A stretch of DNA of 64,000 nucleotides from assembly GCA_963422265.1 (NCBI GenBank), contig OY729416.1, positions 384,001-448,000 on the forward strand, read 5' to 3'. The position numbers were made by a program, and so were the translations under genes. The notes below the pieces were generated by a model. That model was not told where the DNA came from, made no database searches, and saw only the letters and a program-made list of their open reading frames with translations. Positions within the stretch are counted from its first letter, which is position 1; each line of letters begins with the position of its first letter. Source of the stretch: Thermodesulfobacteriota bacterium (GTDB lineage: Bacteria; Desulfobacterota_D; UBA1144; Nemesobacterales; UBA2774). Below are positions 49,791 to 61,197 of this stretch, piece after piece.

Positions 49791-51875
49791 ATGAATCAGT
49801 TCAACCAAGAGAGCGTTAGGAACGTCGTTCTTGTATCTCCACACGGCGCTGGAACAACCTCTCTGGCTGAGGCAATGCTGTTTCTGCACGGCGTGACTGA
49901 AAAATTAGGTAAAGTCAACCAAGATTCCTCAACTCTTGATTATGAATCCGAAGAGCAAAATCGTAAGATGTCTATCAATGCCCATACGGCATTTTTTAAG
50001 ACTAAATCTAACCACCTAATTAACCTCATTGACACTCCCGGGTTTTTGAACTTTTTGTATGAGACCGATAATGCTATTAAGGTTGCGGACGGTGCCGTCA
50101 TTGTAGTCGAGGCATCTTCGTCGGAGTCCGGTGCACAAATTGGAAAATACTGGGATATGGCGCGGGATATACCCAAAATTGTTTTCATAAATAAGCTCGA
50201 CAAGGAGAACACCTCCTTAGACGAGACCATTAAAAACATATCTGACGAGCTGAATATCAAAGCCCTTCCATTCACGCTTCCAGTTGGAGAAGAGGGAAAC
50301 TTTGATGCGGTAATTATCCTCGTGGATATGAAAGCATATAGGTATGATGGGGAAGGAAACGTGCGGGAAATAGCTATACCCGAATATATGCTAGATAGTG
50401 CCAAAGCAGCTAGGGAGAAAATCGTAGAAGCAGTTGCGGAGCTTGATGACGATCTACTTATGAAATATCTAGATGGTGAAGAGATTGACGAAGGGATTAT
50501 GATTAAAATGCTTCACCAGGGCATACTTGACGCCAAAATTTATCCCGTATTTGCAGGTTCTGCAACTAACCTAATAGGAATTAAGGCGCTTGTTGGAGGG
50601 ATTTGTAGGTACTTACCCTCTCCAACTGAGAGAAAGCCATTAGTTGCCAAAAACGTTCAGAGTGAAGAGGTAATGATGGTTACGCCTAACCAAGATAATC
50701 CTCTGGCAGCCTATATATTTAAGACGATATCAGACCCTTATGCCGGAAAAATGTCTTTATTCAGGGTGTTTTCGGGTTCTGTTAAATCGGACTCAATAAT
50801 CTATAACTCGTCTAACGGATCAAAAGAAAAGCTTGGCCAATTGCACAGGCTTATAGGAAAACAACAATTCCCAACTGATACTGCTAATTGCGGTGATATA
50901 GTTGCTGCTAATAAGCTCAAGGAAGCCCATACTGGACAGACCTTTAGCGATGACTCAAATCCTATTGTTATTCCTGAGGTTCCTATACCTGCGTCCGTTT
51001 TATCTTACGCTATCGAGCCTAAAACTAGAAATGACGAAGACAAGCTAAATCCTTCATTGAATAGAATTCAAGAAGAGGATCCTACAATTCAATACCGCAT
51101 GGATGAGGAGACCAAAGAATTTCTTCTTTCAGGCACTGGACAGTCTCACGTTGAGGTTACCGTAAATAAGCTGAGGGATATTTACAAAGTAAAAGTTGAT
51201 CTTCACACTCCAAGAGTTCCCTATAAGGAGACAATTGGGTCAAGAGCTAAGGCAGAAGGTAAATACGTGAAGCAGACGGGTGGAAGAGGTCAGTATGGAG
51301 TCGCCTGGATTGAAATAGAGCCTTTGCAAAGGGGTAGGGAGTTTGAGTTTGTAAATAAGATTGTAGGCGGAGCCATTCCAAAAAACTTCATTCCTTCGGT
51401 TGAAAAGGGGATAGTAGAGGTTATGAAGAGTGGGGTTTGCGCAGGGTATCCGGTAGTGGACGTAAGGGTTACTCTCTTCGATGGTAAGTATCACCCTGTG
51501 GATTCTTCTGATATGGCATTTCAAATCGCAGGGTCTATTGGATTTAAAAAGGCAATGGAAGAGGCGAAGCCACTACTCCTTGAGCCCGTGATGAAAATGG
51601 AGATTACTATCCCTGAGGATTCTATGGGAGACGTAATAGGAGACGTGAGTTCTAGAAGAGGAAAAGTATCAGGGGTTGACTCATTTGGGGGAACTCACAG
51701 TATCAAAGCTATGATTCCGATGTCGGAGATACTAACCTACGCTCCTGAACTAAGATCCATTACGAGCGGGCGAGGAACGTTCACAATGGAATTCTCCCGT
51801 TACGAACAGGTTCCGGACCATTTAGCCCGGAAGATAATCGCGGAATCCTCTGTAGAAAGGGATTCAGAAGGATAG
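49791..51875 (+). CDS. Elongation factor G paralog (EF-G2) with degenerate G motifs
   Basis: Full EF-G layout (DTPG, NKLD, YKETI, KQTGGRGQYG, H.VDSS, LLEP). G1 SPHGAGTT, G2 RKMSI, G3 DTPGF. Confidence 0.93.
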   Translation: MNQFNQESVRNVVLVSPHGAGTTSLAEAMLFLHGVTEKLGKVNQDSSTLDYESEEQNRKMSINAHTAFFKTKSNHLINLIDTPGFLNFLYETDNAIKVADGAVIVVEASSSESGAQIGKYWDMARDIPKIVFINKLDKENTSLDETIKNISDELNIKALPFTLPVGEEGNFDAVIILVDMKAYRYDGEGNVREIAIPEYMLDSAKAAREKIVEAVAELDDDLLMKYLDGEEIDEGIMIKMLHQGILDAKIYPVFAGSATNLIGIKALVGGICRYLPSPTERKPLVAKNVQSEEVMMVTPNQDNPLAAYIFKTISDPYAGKMSLFRVFSGSVKSDSIIYNSSNGSKEKLGQLHRLIGKQQFPTDTANCGDIVAANKLKEAHTGQTFSDDSNPIVIPEVPIPASVLSYAIEPKTRNDEDKLNPSLNRIQEEDPTIQYRMDEETKEFLLSGTGQSHVEVTVNKLRDIYKVKVDLHTPRVPYKETIGSRAKAEGKYVKQTGGRGQYGVAWIEIEPLQRGREFEFVNKIVGGAIPKNFIPSVEKGIVEVMKSGVCAGYPVVDVRVTLFDGKYHPVDSSDMAFQIAGSIGFKKAMEEAKPLLLEPVMKMEITIPEDSMGDVIGDVSSRRGKVSGVDSFGGTHSIKAMIPMSEILTYAPELRSITSGRGTFTMEFSRYEQVPDHLARKIIAESSVERDSEG

Positions 51876-51939
51876 TAGAAAGTCCAAATTTTACCTATAA
51901 GTCTGCACTTGAATAGTTTTTGAGTAACCTTATCCCAAA

Positions 51940-52863
51940 GTGCGCATAGCCTCAATTGACATAGGGACAAATACGTTAAGGCTTCTTGTTTGTGAATATA
52001 AAAAGCCAGGTCATTTAGAGAAGCTGCGCATTGAACATAAAATCACGCGACTAGGTGAGGGCTTCTCTCCTAATGAGGGGCTGTTAAAAACGAATGCCAA
52101 AGAGAGAACTCTCAGTGCTCTAAGGCATTTTTCTAAGATCATAGACGAATACGAAGTAAAACGCTTAAAGGCAGTCGCTACAAGCGCGGTTAGAGAATCT
52201 CGGAATGGCTTTGAGTTCATAGAGCAAATTAATGATGAGACTGACATATGCGTTGATATCATTTCAGGGGAAGAGGAGTCCCGCCTTACAGTTAAAGGGG
52301 TACTTAATACAATAGAAATATCTGCTCCACTTTGCTTAATAATTGACATTGGAGGGGGAAGTACAGAATATGTAGAGGTTGAAAATGCAGCTATTAGTAA
52401 AATCAAGAGCCTAAATTTAGGGGCAGTGCATTTAACGGAAAGGTTTTTAGCTAAAGAGTGGGAAACAAGCGAGCTTCTTGAGCGGTTATCTAAAAAGATA
52501 GGAGAGGTGTTAAGGGATGAATTATCAGCGTTTGAGGCTAAAGGTGACGAGTTATGTATAGTGGCGACGGCGGGTACCCCGACGACCCTTGCTTCAATTG
52601 GTTTAGGACTGAGTCAATATGATTCGGGACTAGTGAACAATTACGTGCTGACAAAAAGCAAAGTAGCTAGAATCATTGAGACTTTATTAGGAATTCCTAA
52701 AGATGAGAGGACCAAGATCCCTGGACTTGAAGAGGGGAGAGAAGACATAATCATCGCAGGAGGCTATATATTGCTAAACACTCTCGAGAGATTTTACAAG
52801 GAGGAACTTATAGTAAGCGATGGTGGTCTCCTTGAAGGCATAGCTTACAGTCTAGCCTTATAA
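51940..52863 (+). CDS. ppx: Ppx/GppA family phosphatase, short form
   Basis: IDIGTNT, RLGEG, ATSAVR, ISGEEE, DIGGGSTE, GRED.I.AG, GLLEG. Confidence 0.92.
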   Translation: MRIASIDIGTNTLRLLVCEYKKPGHLEKLRIEHKITRLGEGFSPNEGLLKTNAKERTLSALRHFSKIIDEYEVKRLKAVATSAVRESRNGFEFIEQINDETDICVDIISGEEESRLTVKGVLNTIEISAPLCLIIDIGGGSTEYVEVENAAISKIKSLNLGAVHLTERFLAKEWETSELLERLSKKIGEVLRDELSAFEAKGDELCIVATAGTPTTLASIGLGLSQYDSGLVNNYVLTKSKVARIIETLLGIPKDERTKIPGLEEGREDIIIAGGYILLNTLERFYKEELIVSDGGLLEGIAYSLAL

Positions 52864-52891
52864 AAGCCGCTTTTAATTACAATCTTTTCCG

Positions 52892-52920
52892 TTGACAACG
52901 TATATAGCGATTATTATATT
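52892..52920 (+). promoter_or_regulatory. Sigma70-type promoter for grpE
   Basis: TTGACA(52892-52897)-17 bp-TATATT(52915-52920). Confidence 0.7.
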
Positions 52921-53015
52921 TTCAGCAAGTTCTTATTAGCGCGGATATTCCCGCTAGCTGTGTATAACTAATCGTAGTTATTCTAAAAAGAATTGAGTTG
53001 AATAAGGAGAGTGAA

Positions 53016-53648
53016 ATGAGTCCTAATAGCACAGATGAGAAAAATGAGGGTACTGATTTGAGTGCAGATCAGGTTAACGATAATGAAAGTATTAACTTAG
53101 AAGAAGAGAAAGACGCTGATACTAATAAACAAGATTACACGGAGCTTGAGAGAAAGTATTTAAGACTTGCCGCTGATTTTGAAAACTATAAAAAGAGACA
53201 GGTAAGGGAAAAAGCCGATATTATAGCTTATGGGAATGAAGAGTTGATCAAATCATTACTCAATGTGCTTGATAATCTGGAGAGGGCGATTGAGCACTCC
53301 GAGTCCAAAGAAGACGCCAAACCACTTTTGGAAGGAGTCAAACTCGTCCACAAACAATTTATAAGCTCTATTGAAGCATTTGGGGTGGAGTTAATTAAGG
53401 CAGATAAGGGAACGGATTTTGATCCAAGTATTCATCAGGCAATTGAGCAGGTAGAATCGGGCGAACTTGCATCCGGCGTTATTCTGTCTCAAATGCAGCG
53501 AGGATATATGCTCAAGTCGAGGCTTTTAAGGCCTGCTCTGGTCACTGTATCAAAAAATTCGCAACGCGCCGATACCGATAGTGAACAGAGCGTGGACAGA
53601 TCAGGAGTCAACGACACTAAACAAAGGGCTTCAGAAGATAAGCAGTAG
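53016..53648 (+). CDS. grpE: Nucleotide exchange factor GrpE
   Basis: RLAADFENYKKR, LDNLERA, FDPSIHQA, GY.L..RLLRPA.V. SD AAGGAG favours ATG 53016. Confidence 0.97.
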   Translation: MSPNSTDEKNEGTDLSADQVNDNESINLEEEKDADTNKQDYTELERKYLRLAADFENYKKRQVREKADIIAYGNEELIKSLLNVLDNLERAIEHSESKEDAKPLLEGVKLVHKQFISSIEAFGVELIKADKGTDFDPSIHQAIEQVESGELASGVILSQMQRGYMLKSRLLRPALVTVSKNSQRADTDSEQSVDRSGVNDTKQRASEDKQ

Positions 53649-53656
53649 AGTACATT

Positions 53657-53929
53657 CTAGCCGCCGGCAATAGCAGGAATTATAGATACTACGTCGTCAT
53701 CTTTAAGGGAAGTATCTTTCCCTTGTAAAAACCTTATATCTTCATTGTTGACGTATAAGTTTATAAATCTTCTTATATTACCTTCTTCGTCACAGAGTCT
53801 ATTTTTTATTCCAGGGAATTGATTCTCTAACTCCTCAATCAGCTCCCCGATGCTAGCACTGCTTATTATAACCTCATCCTGCTCGGCGGTGAGTTTCCTA
53901 AGGGGTGTTGGAATTCGCACTGACGGCAT
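53657..53929 (-). CDS. MoaD/ThiS/CysO-type ubiquitin-like sulfur carrier
   Basis: [23 protein letters not shown]-terminal PAIAGG. Confidence 0.93.
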   Translation of the reverse strand: MPSVRIPTPLRKLTAEQDEVIISSASIGELIEELENQFPGIKNRLCDEEGNIRRFINLYVNNEDIRFLQGKDTSLKDDDVVSIIPAIAGG

Positions 53930-55184
53930 TTTGCGATCCTCCTTGTTTGTTATTCACAATACATTCATATAGTTCTTCAAACTCTTCTAGTTCCGCATTG
54001 ATAACGTCTGGCTGCGAAACATCATTGACTATCGCCTCTTGGGTTTTAAGACCGTTACCCGTAATAGAGACTACAATTGACTCATCCTTGGGTAGAATTC
54101 CCTGACTCATAAGCTTTTTAGTTACTGCAATTGTTACACCTCCTGCGGTCTCCGTAAATATACCTTCAGTCTCGGCAAGCAGTTTTATACCATCTATAAT
54201 CTCAGCATCTGTAACGTCTTCGCCCCATCCCCTACTCTGATTCATTACGCGCATAGCATAGAATCCATCCGCTGGGGTGCCTATTGCGAGAGATTTGGCT
54301 ACCGTATTGGGTTTTACAGGCTTAAAAATCTCCCATTTATTCTTTAATGCAGTCGTTATAGGAGAGCAACCCAGCGCCTGGGCGCCATAGACTTTTGTGT
54401 CATTATTCTCTATCAAGCCCATCGTCTCAAATTCCGTGATGGCTTTCCATATTTTTGTGAGCAAGGAACCGCTTGCCATCGGTACAACCACATGCTTAGG
54501 AGCCCGCCATCCTAACTGCTCCATTATCTCAAAGGCAAAAGATTTGGAGCCTTCCGCATAGTAGGGGCGCATATTAATGTTCACAAATGCCCAACCAAAT
54601 TTGCCGGCTATTTCACTACAGAGCCTATTTACATCATCATAAGTCCCTTTAATTCCGATGAGGTTTGAACCATATACGGTTGTTCCTACAATTTTCGCCT
54701 GCTCTAGATTGTAGGGTATAAAAATATAGCTCTTCACATTCCCCGCCGTAGTCAAAGCTGCCACGGCATTGGCTAAATTGCCTGTAGAAGCACATGCGGC
54801 TGTATCAAATCCAAATTCTTTTGCCTTTGATAGGGCAACGGAAACGACCCTGTCTTTAAATGAAAGTGTAGGGAAACATACTGAGTCGTTCTTTATGTAA
54901 ATTTCACTTGCGCCTAAGACGTTACCCAAGTTCTCAGCCCTGACCAATGGAGTATAGCCAACCTGAAGGCCTATTGTTGGATCCTTATCTATGGGCATCA
55001 GTTCCTTATAACGCCATATATTATTACCCCTTCTCTCAATTATATCACGTGATATAGATTCCTTTATCTCATCATACTTGTAAACTGCTTCTAAGGGACC
55101 GAAACAAATCTCGCAAACGTGAAGTGGTTCCGTTGGATACTCCTCGCCACATTCTTTGCATTTAAGCCCCTTGACAAAACTCAT
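53898..55184 (-). CDS. thrC: Threonine synthase-like PLP enzyme (fold-type II) with N-terminal Zn ribbon
   Basis: CKEC...[16 protein letters not shown] (PLP Lys), ASTGNLA, EGSKS, TGNGLKT. Confidence 0.85.
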   Translation of the reverse strand: MSFVKGLKCKECGEEYPTEPLHVCEICFGPLEAVYKYDEIKESISRDIIERRGNNIWRYKELMPIDKDPTIGLQVGYTPLVRAENLGNVLGASEIYIKNDSVCFPTLSFKDRVVSVALSKAKEFGFDTAACASTGNLANAVAALTTAGNVKSYIFIPYNLEQAKIVGTTVYGSNLIGIKGTYDDVNRLCSEIAGKFGWAFVNINMRPYYAEGSKSFAFEIMEQLGWRAPKHVVVPMASGSLLTKIWKAITEFETMGLIENNDTKVYGAQALGCSPITTALKNKWEIFKPVKPNTVAKSLAIGTPADGFYAMRVMNQSRGWGEDVTDAEIIDGIKLLAETEGIFTETAGGVTIAVTKKLMSQGILPKDESIVVSITGNGLKTQEAIVNDVSQPDVINAELEEFEELYECIVNNKQGGSQNAVSANSNTP

Positions 55185-55260
55185 TAGTTTCCTCTTTTCA
55201 AAAGTAAAATAAACTTTGCAGACTACCTTCTACACATAAGGCTGTCAAAGAAATTGTGGA

Positions 55261-55761
55261 CTACCATTCATTTCTTTTTCTAATTTTTTTATCCTTTTCT
55301 TTCTCTATGAACACTATTTTCTCAAACTGCCGGGCTTCGAACCGGTTACCTTTCTTTCTATATATGCCACCCACTATGACGTAGTTATTATCCTTCATAT
55401 TCCACTCACCAGGAGTTAGCACGCGAATGGTGTTGCCATTTAGATCCGAGAGATTAAAAACAGTCGCGGACGACCCATCTTTATTTTGAGATAGCTCTTT
55501 AACAAAACCTTCAAGGGCTAAAGTTGCCCCGTCGTAAGCAATCGGAGACAAAAGAACCTTTGAAATAGATGCTCTATAGCCCTTTATATTTGAGCCAGGT
55601 ATGTATTCGGGCTTCTTATTACTACTACATCCTGACGGGAAAACAAGTAAGAATAAAGATAGCAAGAGCAATGCGTTAATGTCTTTAACTAAGAGCCACT
55701 CGCGCATCCTACTGTTGCGTATCATAGTATGGAACAGACTATCTATATGTAATTTTAACAT
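55261..55761 (-). CDS. Putative OB-fold lipoprotein
   Basis: Hydrophobic stretch ending in PSGC, then a P..YDG.....G.V...F.L.D..G..I.V......V.V.G OB-like pattern. True start is probably downstream (MREWLL...). Confidence 0.65.
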   Translation of the reverse strand: MLKLHIDSLFHTMIRNSRMREWLLVKDINALLLLSLFLLVFPSGCSSNKKPEYIPGSNIKGYRASISKVLLSPIAYDGATLALEGFVKELSQNKDGSSATVFNLSDLNGNTIRVLTPGEWNMKDNNYVIVGGIYRKKGNRFEARQFEKIVFIEKEKDKKIRKRNEW

Positions 55762-55851
55762 TATCTCGTATATTCTACCTGATATTTTATGGCATAATAA
55801 GACCGTTTTATGCTCAATTAGTGTAAATTAATGCACATAGGAGAAATGGAG

Positions 55852-56667
55852 ATGGACATATTTACTGGAGAAAGATATGGAATTGCCAGAATTCCAATAG
55901 AGGAGAGTGATAATAATTATAACTACGTTATCTGGTGCTCTGAAACTAAGGAATGTGCCGTTATAGATCCGATAGAACCAATCACCATCCTTAATTTCAT
56001 AAGGGATAAAGGTCTTTTTGTAAAATACGTGATTAATACGCACTGCCATCCTGACCATATAGCAGGGAACGACGTGATATTGAAGGTCAGTCTCTCTAAA
56101 ATGTCAAAAGCACTTGTTCATCCACTGGGAAAAGAGTTAGTAGGCACTAGGTATGGTTTAGTAGAAGAAGGGGATGTAATACAAGTCGGAAACCAGGAAA
56201 TTAAAGTAATTCACACGCCCGGCCATTGCCCAGAGCACATATCTCTAGTTCTAGAAGAGAATGCTTTCGTCGGGGATACCTTGTTTCTCTCCGGCTGTGG
56301 CAATACGAAACACAGGGGCGTAGTTCGGGACTTATTCAAAAGCATTAAATCAAAGCTAAGAGTCCTTCCTGATAATTATAGGGTTTTCGTTGGACATAAT
56401 TACGCTGAGACTAACTTGAATTTCGCACTTAGTATAGAACCAGAAAACCAAGAAGCTAGGAATAAACTCGAAGAAATAAAAAAAGCAGGGATTTCTGGGG
56501 AGGAACCTGCTCCAACTACTATTGGACAAGAAAAACAGTATAATCCCTTCTTGCGGTTTGACGAGACTAATTTAATAACAAAGCTTACAGAAAGAAACTC
56601 TGGGTTGAAAACTGATCCCGAATCAATATTTACGGAACTCAGAAAGCTCAGGGATCAATGGGTTTAG
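55852..56667 (+). CDS. gloB: Hydroxyacylglutathione hydrolase (glyoxalase II)-like MBL
   Basis: DNNYNY, THCHPDH, TPGH, GDTLF.SGCG, GHNY...[26 protein letters not shown] favours ATG 55852. Confidence 0.85.
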   Translation: MDIFTGERYGIARIPIEESDNNYNYVIWCSETKECAVIDPIEPITILNFIRDKGLFVKYVINTHCHPDHIAGNDVILKVSLSKMSKALVHPLGKELVGTRYGLVEEGDVIQVGNQEIKVIHTPGHCPEHISLVLEENAFVGDTLFLSGCGNTKHRGVVRDLFKSIKSKLRVLPDNYRVFVGHNYAETNLNFALSIEPENQEARNKLEEIKKAGISGEEPAPTTIGQEKQYNPFLRFDETNLITKLTERNSGLKTDPESIFTELRKLRDQWV

Positions 56668-56674
56668 CTCTACT

Positions 56675-59600
56675 ATGAAAAAACCTAAGTCGTCCTCCTA
56701 CGAATTGCTAAGTGAACTTGCCTCAAAAAGGATACTATTTCTAGATGGTGCTATGGGCACTATGATTCAACGGTATAAACTTAAAGAAGAGGACTTTAGG
56801 GGTGAGCGTTTCAAAGATCATCATACGGACCTTAAAGGAAACAATGACCTACTTTCGCTGACAAGACCCGATGTTATATCTGAGATTCATAAGCAATATC
56901 TGGCTGCCGGGTCAGATATAATAGAGACTAATACCTTTAACTCAACCACTGTATCACAAGCTGATTATGGTTTGGAGAATATCTCTTACGAGCTGAATAA
57001 ACAGGCAGCTAAAATTGCAAGGGATGCCGCGGACGGATTCATGTCTAAACACGCCGACAGAGTGTGTTTCGTAGCCGGAGCACTTGGACCCACCAATAAA
57101 ACCGCTTCTATCTCACCAGACGTCAACAATCCAGCTTATAGAGGGGTTACTTTTGATAAACTTGTAGAAGCATATTACGAGCAGGTAAAAGGTCTTGTCA
57201 ATGGCGGCATTGATATAATACTTGCAGAAACGACATTCGATACACTAAACCTGAAAGCCGCTATTTTTGGAATAGAAAAGTTCGTGGCCGAGAATCGCAT
57301 TAGCCTACCCCTTATGCTTTCAGTCACTATTACCGATGCTTCAGGTAGAACGTTGTCGGGCCAGACCGTCGAGGCGTTTTGGAATTCTGTGAGACATGCA
57401 AAGCCGTTTAGCGTCGGTATTAACTGCGCTCTCGGGGCACAAGAGATGCGCCCATATATAGAGGAGTTAGCAAAAATAGCAGATTGTTACGTAAGCTGTT
57501 ATCCAAATGCAGGATTGCCTAATCCGCTTAGTGAAACCGGATATGATCAGACGCCGGGCGACATATCGGGCTTTTTAGTAGAATTCGCGCAAAGCGGGTT
57601 TGTCAACTTGGTCGGAGGCTGCTGTGGTACTACCCCTAATCATGTAGAGGCAATTGTAGAAAGGGTAAAAGAGGTTTCCCCTAGAAAGGTTCCAGACAGA
57701 TTAAGTTCGGCGATGCGCCTAAGTGGTCTCGAAGTCCTTAACATATATGAAAAAGGGTCTCCTTTTATCATGGTCGGGGAGCGCACCAACGTCACAGGAT
57801 CCCCTCGCTTTGCAAGCCTAATTAAGCAAGATGATTTTGATGAGGCTCTGAGCGTAGCTAAACAACAGATTGAGAACGGCGCTAATATTATAGATATAAA
57901 CTTTGATGAAGCGCTTCTTGATGGCGAAGCCTGTATGACGAGGTTTCTAAACCTTATAGCTTCAGAACCAGACATAGCACGGGTTCCAATAATGATAGAC
58001 AGCTCTAAATTCAGCGTAATAGAAGCTGGTCTCAAGTGTTTGCAGGGTAAGGGGATTGTTAATTCCATTAGTTTAAAAGAGGGAGAAAAAAGATTCCTAG
58101 AACAAGCGAGAGCTATTATGCGCTATGGAACCTCCGTTGTCGTAATGGCGTTTGATGAAAAGGGACAGGCAGCGAGTAAAGAGGATAAGGTCCGTATATG
58201 TAGACGTGCCTATAAACTTCTTACAAAAGAGGCGGGTATGGATCCAAGTGATATAATATTTGATCCAAACGTTTTGACGGTAGCGACCGGGATAGAAGAG
58301 CATAATAACTACGCCGTAGATTTCATTGAAGCAGTCAGAGAGATAAAGTCAGCGTGTCCAGGGGCTAAGACAAGTGGGGGCATAAGCAACGTATCGTTTT
58401 CATTTCGCGGCAACAATGTAGTAAGGGAAGCTATGCATAGCGCGTTTCTATATCATGCTGTAAGCGCTGGGCTTGACATGGCTATAGTGAACGCGGGCAT
58501 GCTTGAGATATACGAGAATATTGATAAGGAGCTTCTTGAAAAAGTGGAAGACGTCCTACTCAATAGAATCCCTGAAGCTACTGAGAACCTAGTTGAATAT
58601 GCCGAACGGGTAAAAGAAACCCGTAAAATAAAGAGCAAGGACACCGAAGAGTGGCGCAAAGGGAGTGTTGAGGAACGTTTAGGGCATGCCCTTGTGAAAG
58701 GAATTGTCGAATATATAGATCAGGATACCGAAGAGGCTCGTCAGCAATATGAAAAACCCCTTGACCTAATTGAAGGTCCCTTAATGGACGGTATGAAGGT
58801 TGTGGGGGATTTGTTTGGTAAAGGAAAAATGTTTTTACCTCAGGTCGTTAAAAGTGCCCGGGTTATGAAAAGAGCAGTTGCCTATCTTGAGCCTTTCGTA
58901 GAAGCAGAGAAGACTAAATCAAGCTCCGGGGGCAGCAAGGGAAAATTTGTGATGGCTACTGTAAAAGGCGACGTGCACGATATAGGAAAGAACATCGTCT
59001 CCGTAGTGCTCGGCTGTAATAACTATGAGGTTATTGATCTTGGGGTCATGGTGCCTTGCGAGAATATACTGAAAAAGGCAAGGGAGGTGAACGCCAATAT
59101 TATAGGGCTTAGCGGGCTAATTACACCCTCTCTAGACGAGATGATCTATAACGCCTCCGAGATGGAGCGACAGGGGTTCAGGACACCCCTTTTAATAGGT
59201 GGAGCTACGACGAGTAAAGCTCACACGGCGATCAAAATAGCGCCTCAATACAGTGGGATTGTAAGCCACGTTCAGGATGCGTCACTCGTAGTCAATGTCT
59301 GTAATGACTTAATGAATCCGAATAAATACGAAGAGTTTGCAAAGAAGCAAGAAGCCAAGCACGATGAGCTTAGAAATCTACATATATCTTCGCGAGGCCG
59401 GATCAAATATCTCTCAATAGGAGATGCGAGAAAGAAAGCGTATAAGATGGACTGGGATAATTTCAACGTGGACATTCCCGAAAGGCTTGGCTCCCACGTA
59501 ATCCAAAATATTCCCCTTAACGATATAATTCCCTATATAGACTGGTCTCCATTCTTTTGGGTATGGGAGTTGAAAGGCGTTTTTCCTAAAATTTTTGGGC

Positions 59601-60379
59601 ATGAAAAGTGGGGAAAACAGGCGAAAGGACTCTTTGAAGACGCCCAAAGATTGCTGAATCGAATTGTCGAGGAAAAGCGCTTTCGCCCTAGCGCCGTCGT
59701 ATCCTTCTGGCCAGCAAATAGGGTAGGGGACGACGTAGAAATCTACACCGACGATAGTAGAAGAGAAGTGCTCAGTAGGTTTCACTTCCTTCGCCAACAG
59801 AAAGATAAAGGAGAGAATGGAATATGTTTGTGTCTAGCGGACTATATAGCTCCAAGGGACTCCGAAGTAGCGAACTACCTAGGTGGGTTTGTAGTTACCG
59901 TTGGGCAGGGAGTAGAGGAGTTCTCAAGCGCTTTTAAGGAAAGGAACGATGATTATTCGGCAATTATGGTGCAGGCGCTAGGAGATCGCTTTGCAGAAGC
60001 GTTGGCTGAAATGATGCACAAGGTAGCCCGCGAGAATTGGGGCTATGGAAAATGTGAAAACTTATCTTATGGTGATTTAATAAAAGAAGCGTACAGAGGA
60101 ATAAGACCCGCCCCAGGTTATCCATCTTGTCCTGACCATACCGAAAAAGCGACTCTATGGAAGTTGCTTGACGCTCAAAAGAATATAGGGGCTAAGTTAA
60201 CCGAGAACTATGCTATTTATCCAGCAAGCTCCGTTGCTGGGCTTTATTTTGCTCATCAGGAAGCTAAATACTTTCATCTAGGTCAAATAAATAGGGATCA
60301 GGTTGAGGATTATGCCAAGAGGAAGAACGTTACCGTTGAGGAAGCTGAAAAATGGTTGAGGCCAAACCTTAATTATTAG
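56675..60379 (+). CDS. metH: Cobalamin-dependent methionine synthase
   Basis: [30 protein letters not shown] (B12 His), SGL, RPAPGYP. Confidence 0.98.
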   Translation: MKKPKSSSYELLSELASKRILFLDGAMGTMIQRYKLKEEDFRGERFKDHHTDLKGNNDLLSLTRPDVISEIHKQYLAAGSDIIETNTFNSTTVSQADYGLENISYELNKQAAKIARDAADGFMSKHADRVCFVAGALGPTNKTASISPDVNNPAYRGVTFDKLVEAYYEQVKGLVNGGIDIILAETTFDTLNLKAAIFGIEKFVAENRISLPLMLSVTITDASGRTLSGQTVEAFWNSVRHAKPFSVGINCALGAQEMRPYIEELAKIADCYVSCYPNAGLPNPLSETGYDQTPGDISGFLVEFAQSGFVNLVGGCCGTTPNHVEAIVERVKEVSPRKVPDRLSSAMRLSGLEVLNIYEKGSPFIMVGERTNVTGSPRFASLIKQDDFDEALSVAKQQIENGANIIDINFDEALLDGEACMTRFLNLIASEPDIARVPIMIDSSKFSVIEAGLKCLQGKGIVNSISLKEGEKRFLEQARAIMRYGTSVVVMAFDEKGQAASKEDKVRICRRAYKLLTKEAGMDPSDIIFDPNVLTVATGIEEHNNYAVDFIEAVREIKSACPGAKTSGGISNVSFSFRGNNVVREAMHSAFLYHAVSAGLDMAIVNAGMLEIYENIDKELLEKVEDVLLNRIPEATENLVEYAERVKETRKIKSKDTEEWRKGSVEERLGHALVKGIVEYIDQDTEEARQQYEKPLDLIEGPLMDGMKVVGDLFGKGKMFLPQVVKSARVMKRAVAYLEPFVEAEKTKSSSGGSKGKFVMATVKGDVHDIGKNIVSVVLGCNNYEVIDLGVMVPCENILKKAREVNANIIGLSGLITPSLDEMIYNASEMERQGFRTPLLIGGATTSKAHTAIKIAPQYSGIVSHVQDASLVVNVCNDLMNPNKYEEFAKKQEAKHDELRNLHISSRGRIKYLSIGDARKKAYKMDWDNFNVDIPERLGSHVIQNIPLNDIIPYIDWSPFFWVWELKGVFPKIFGHEKWGKQAKGLFEDAQRLLNRIVEEKRFRPSAVVSFWPANRVGDDVEIYTDDSRREVLSRFHFLRQQKDKGENGICLCLADYIAPRDSEVANYLGGFVVTVGQGVEEFSSAFKERNDDYSAIMVQALGDRFAEALAEMMHKVARENWGYGKCENLSYGDLIKEAYRGIRPAPGYPSCPDHTEKATLWKLLDAQKNIGAKLTENYAIYPASSVAGLYFAHQEAKYFHLGQINRDQVEDYAKRKNVTVEEAEKWLRPNLNY

Positions 60380-60492
60380 GGCTTATATATTCTAAAAACT
60401 ATATATTATTTGTAAAGTTGCAAACGGGCGCGTTATATTCACTCATTTCAAAGTAGAACGTATATTAAACGCCAAATTTCCAAAAGGAGAAA

Positions 60493-61197
60493 GTGACATT
60501 GCACTTAGAAAGTATAACGACAATATTTTTTGACGCTGCTGACACGCTCTTCTACATACGAAAAGGTCTCGGCAGTGCGTATTCAGATGTTGCGCGCAAA
60601 CACGGCGTTAGCCCAGACCCAGAGCGGATAAAAGAGGCTTTTTCCAAAGCTTTTAGACAGGCTCCACCGCTCGCTTTTAGAGAGGTCTCTACAAGAGAAA
60701 GAAAGGCTCTTGAGAAACTTTATTGGAAAGATATAGTGGAAAAGGTCTATTCGGAAGTTGGGATGTTTGACACTTTTGAGGTGTATTTTGATGAGTTATT
60801 TGAAATGTTTAGGAGTAGAGTTTGGGAATTATTCCCTGAGGTCAAAGAAGTGTTATCAGATTTGAAAGCACGGGGTTTTAAGCTTGGAGTAATTTCAAAC
60901 TTTGACTCCAGGATTTATAACGTGATGTCAGACTTAGATATATGCGATTACTTTGACTTCATAGTAATTTCTAGTGAAGCGGGTTACGCAAAGCCTGCAC
61001 CCGAGATATATCAAGAGGCTCTTAAAAAGGCGCAGGCGGTTCCTCGGGAATCTTTGCATATAGGAGATCATGTACAAAACGATTTTCATGGCCCGAGAGC
61101 CTTAGGTATAAAAGCCCTATTGATTGATCGTGAAAAACGATATACATCTATGAGTAGAAACAACAAGATTGAGAATTTAAGGGAGCTACTAGATTAA
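60493..61197 (+). CDS. HAD-IA family hydrolase (REG-2/HDHD3-like)
   Basis: FDAADTL, ISNFDSR, KPAPEIY, HIGD...D. Confidence 0.9.
   Translation: MTLHLESITTIFFDAADTLFYIRKGLGSAYSDVARKHGVSPDPERIKEAFSKAFRQAPPLAFREVSTRERKALEKLYWKDIVEKVYSEVGMFDTFEVYFDELFEMFRSRVWELFPEVKEVLSDLKARGFKLGVISNFDSRIYNVMSDLDICDYFDFIVISSEAGYAKPAPEIYQEALKKAQAVPRESLHIGDHVQNDFHGPRALGIKALLIDREKRYTSMSRNNKIENLRELLD

Noticed and set aside
52936..52957. TTAGCGCGG-ATATTC-CCGCTAG upstream of grpE as a CIRCE element
   Set aside because: Arms and spacer do not fit TTAGCACTC-N9-GAGTGCTAA; at most a small hairpin.
55762..56674. SAM or cobalamin riboswitch upstream of metH
   Set aside because: metH starts 7 nt after the gloB-like stop, and the gap upstream of that gene is short and AT-rich with no aptamer motif.
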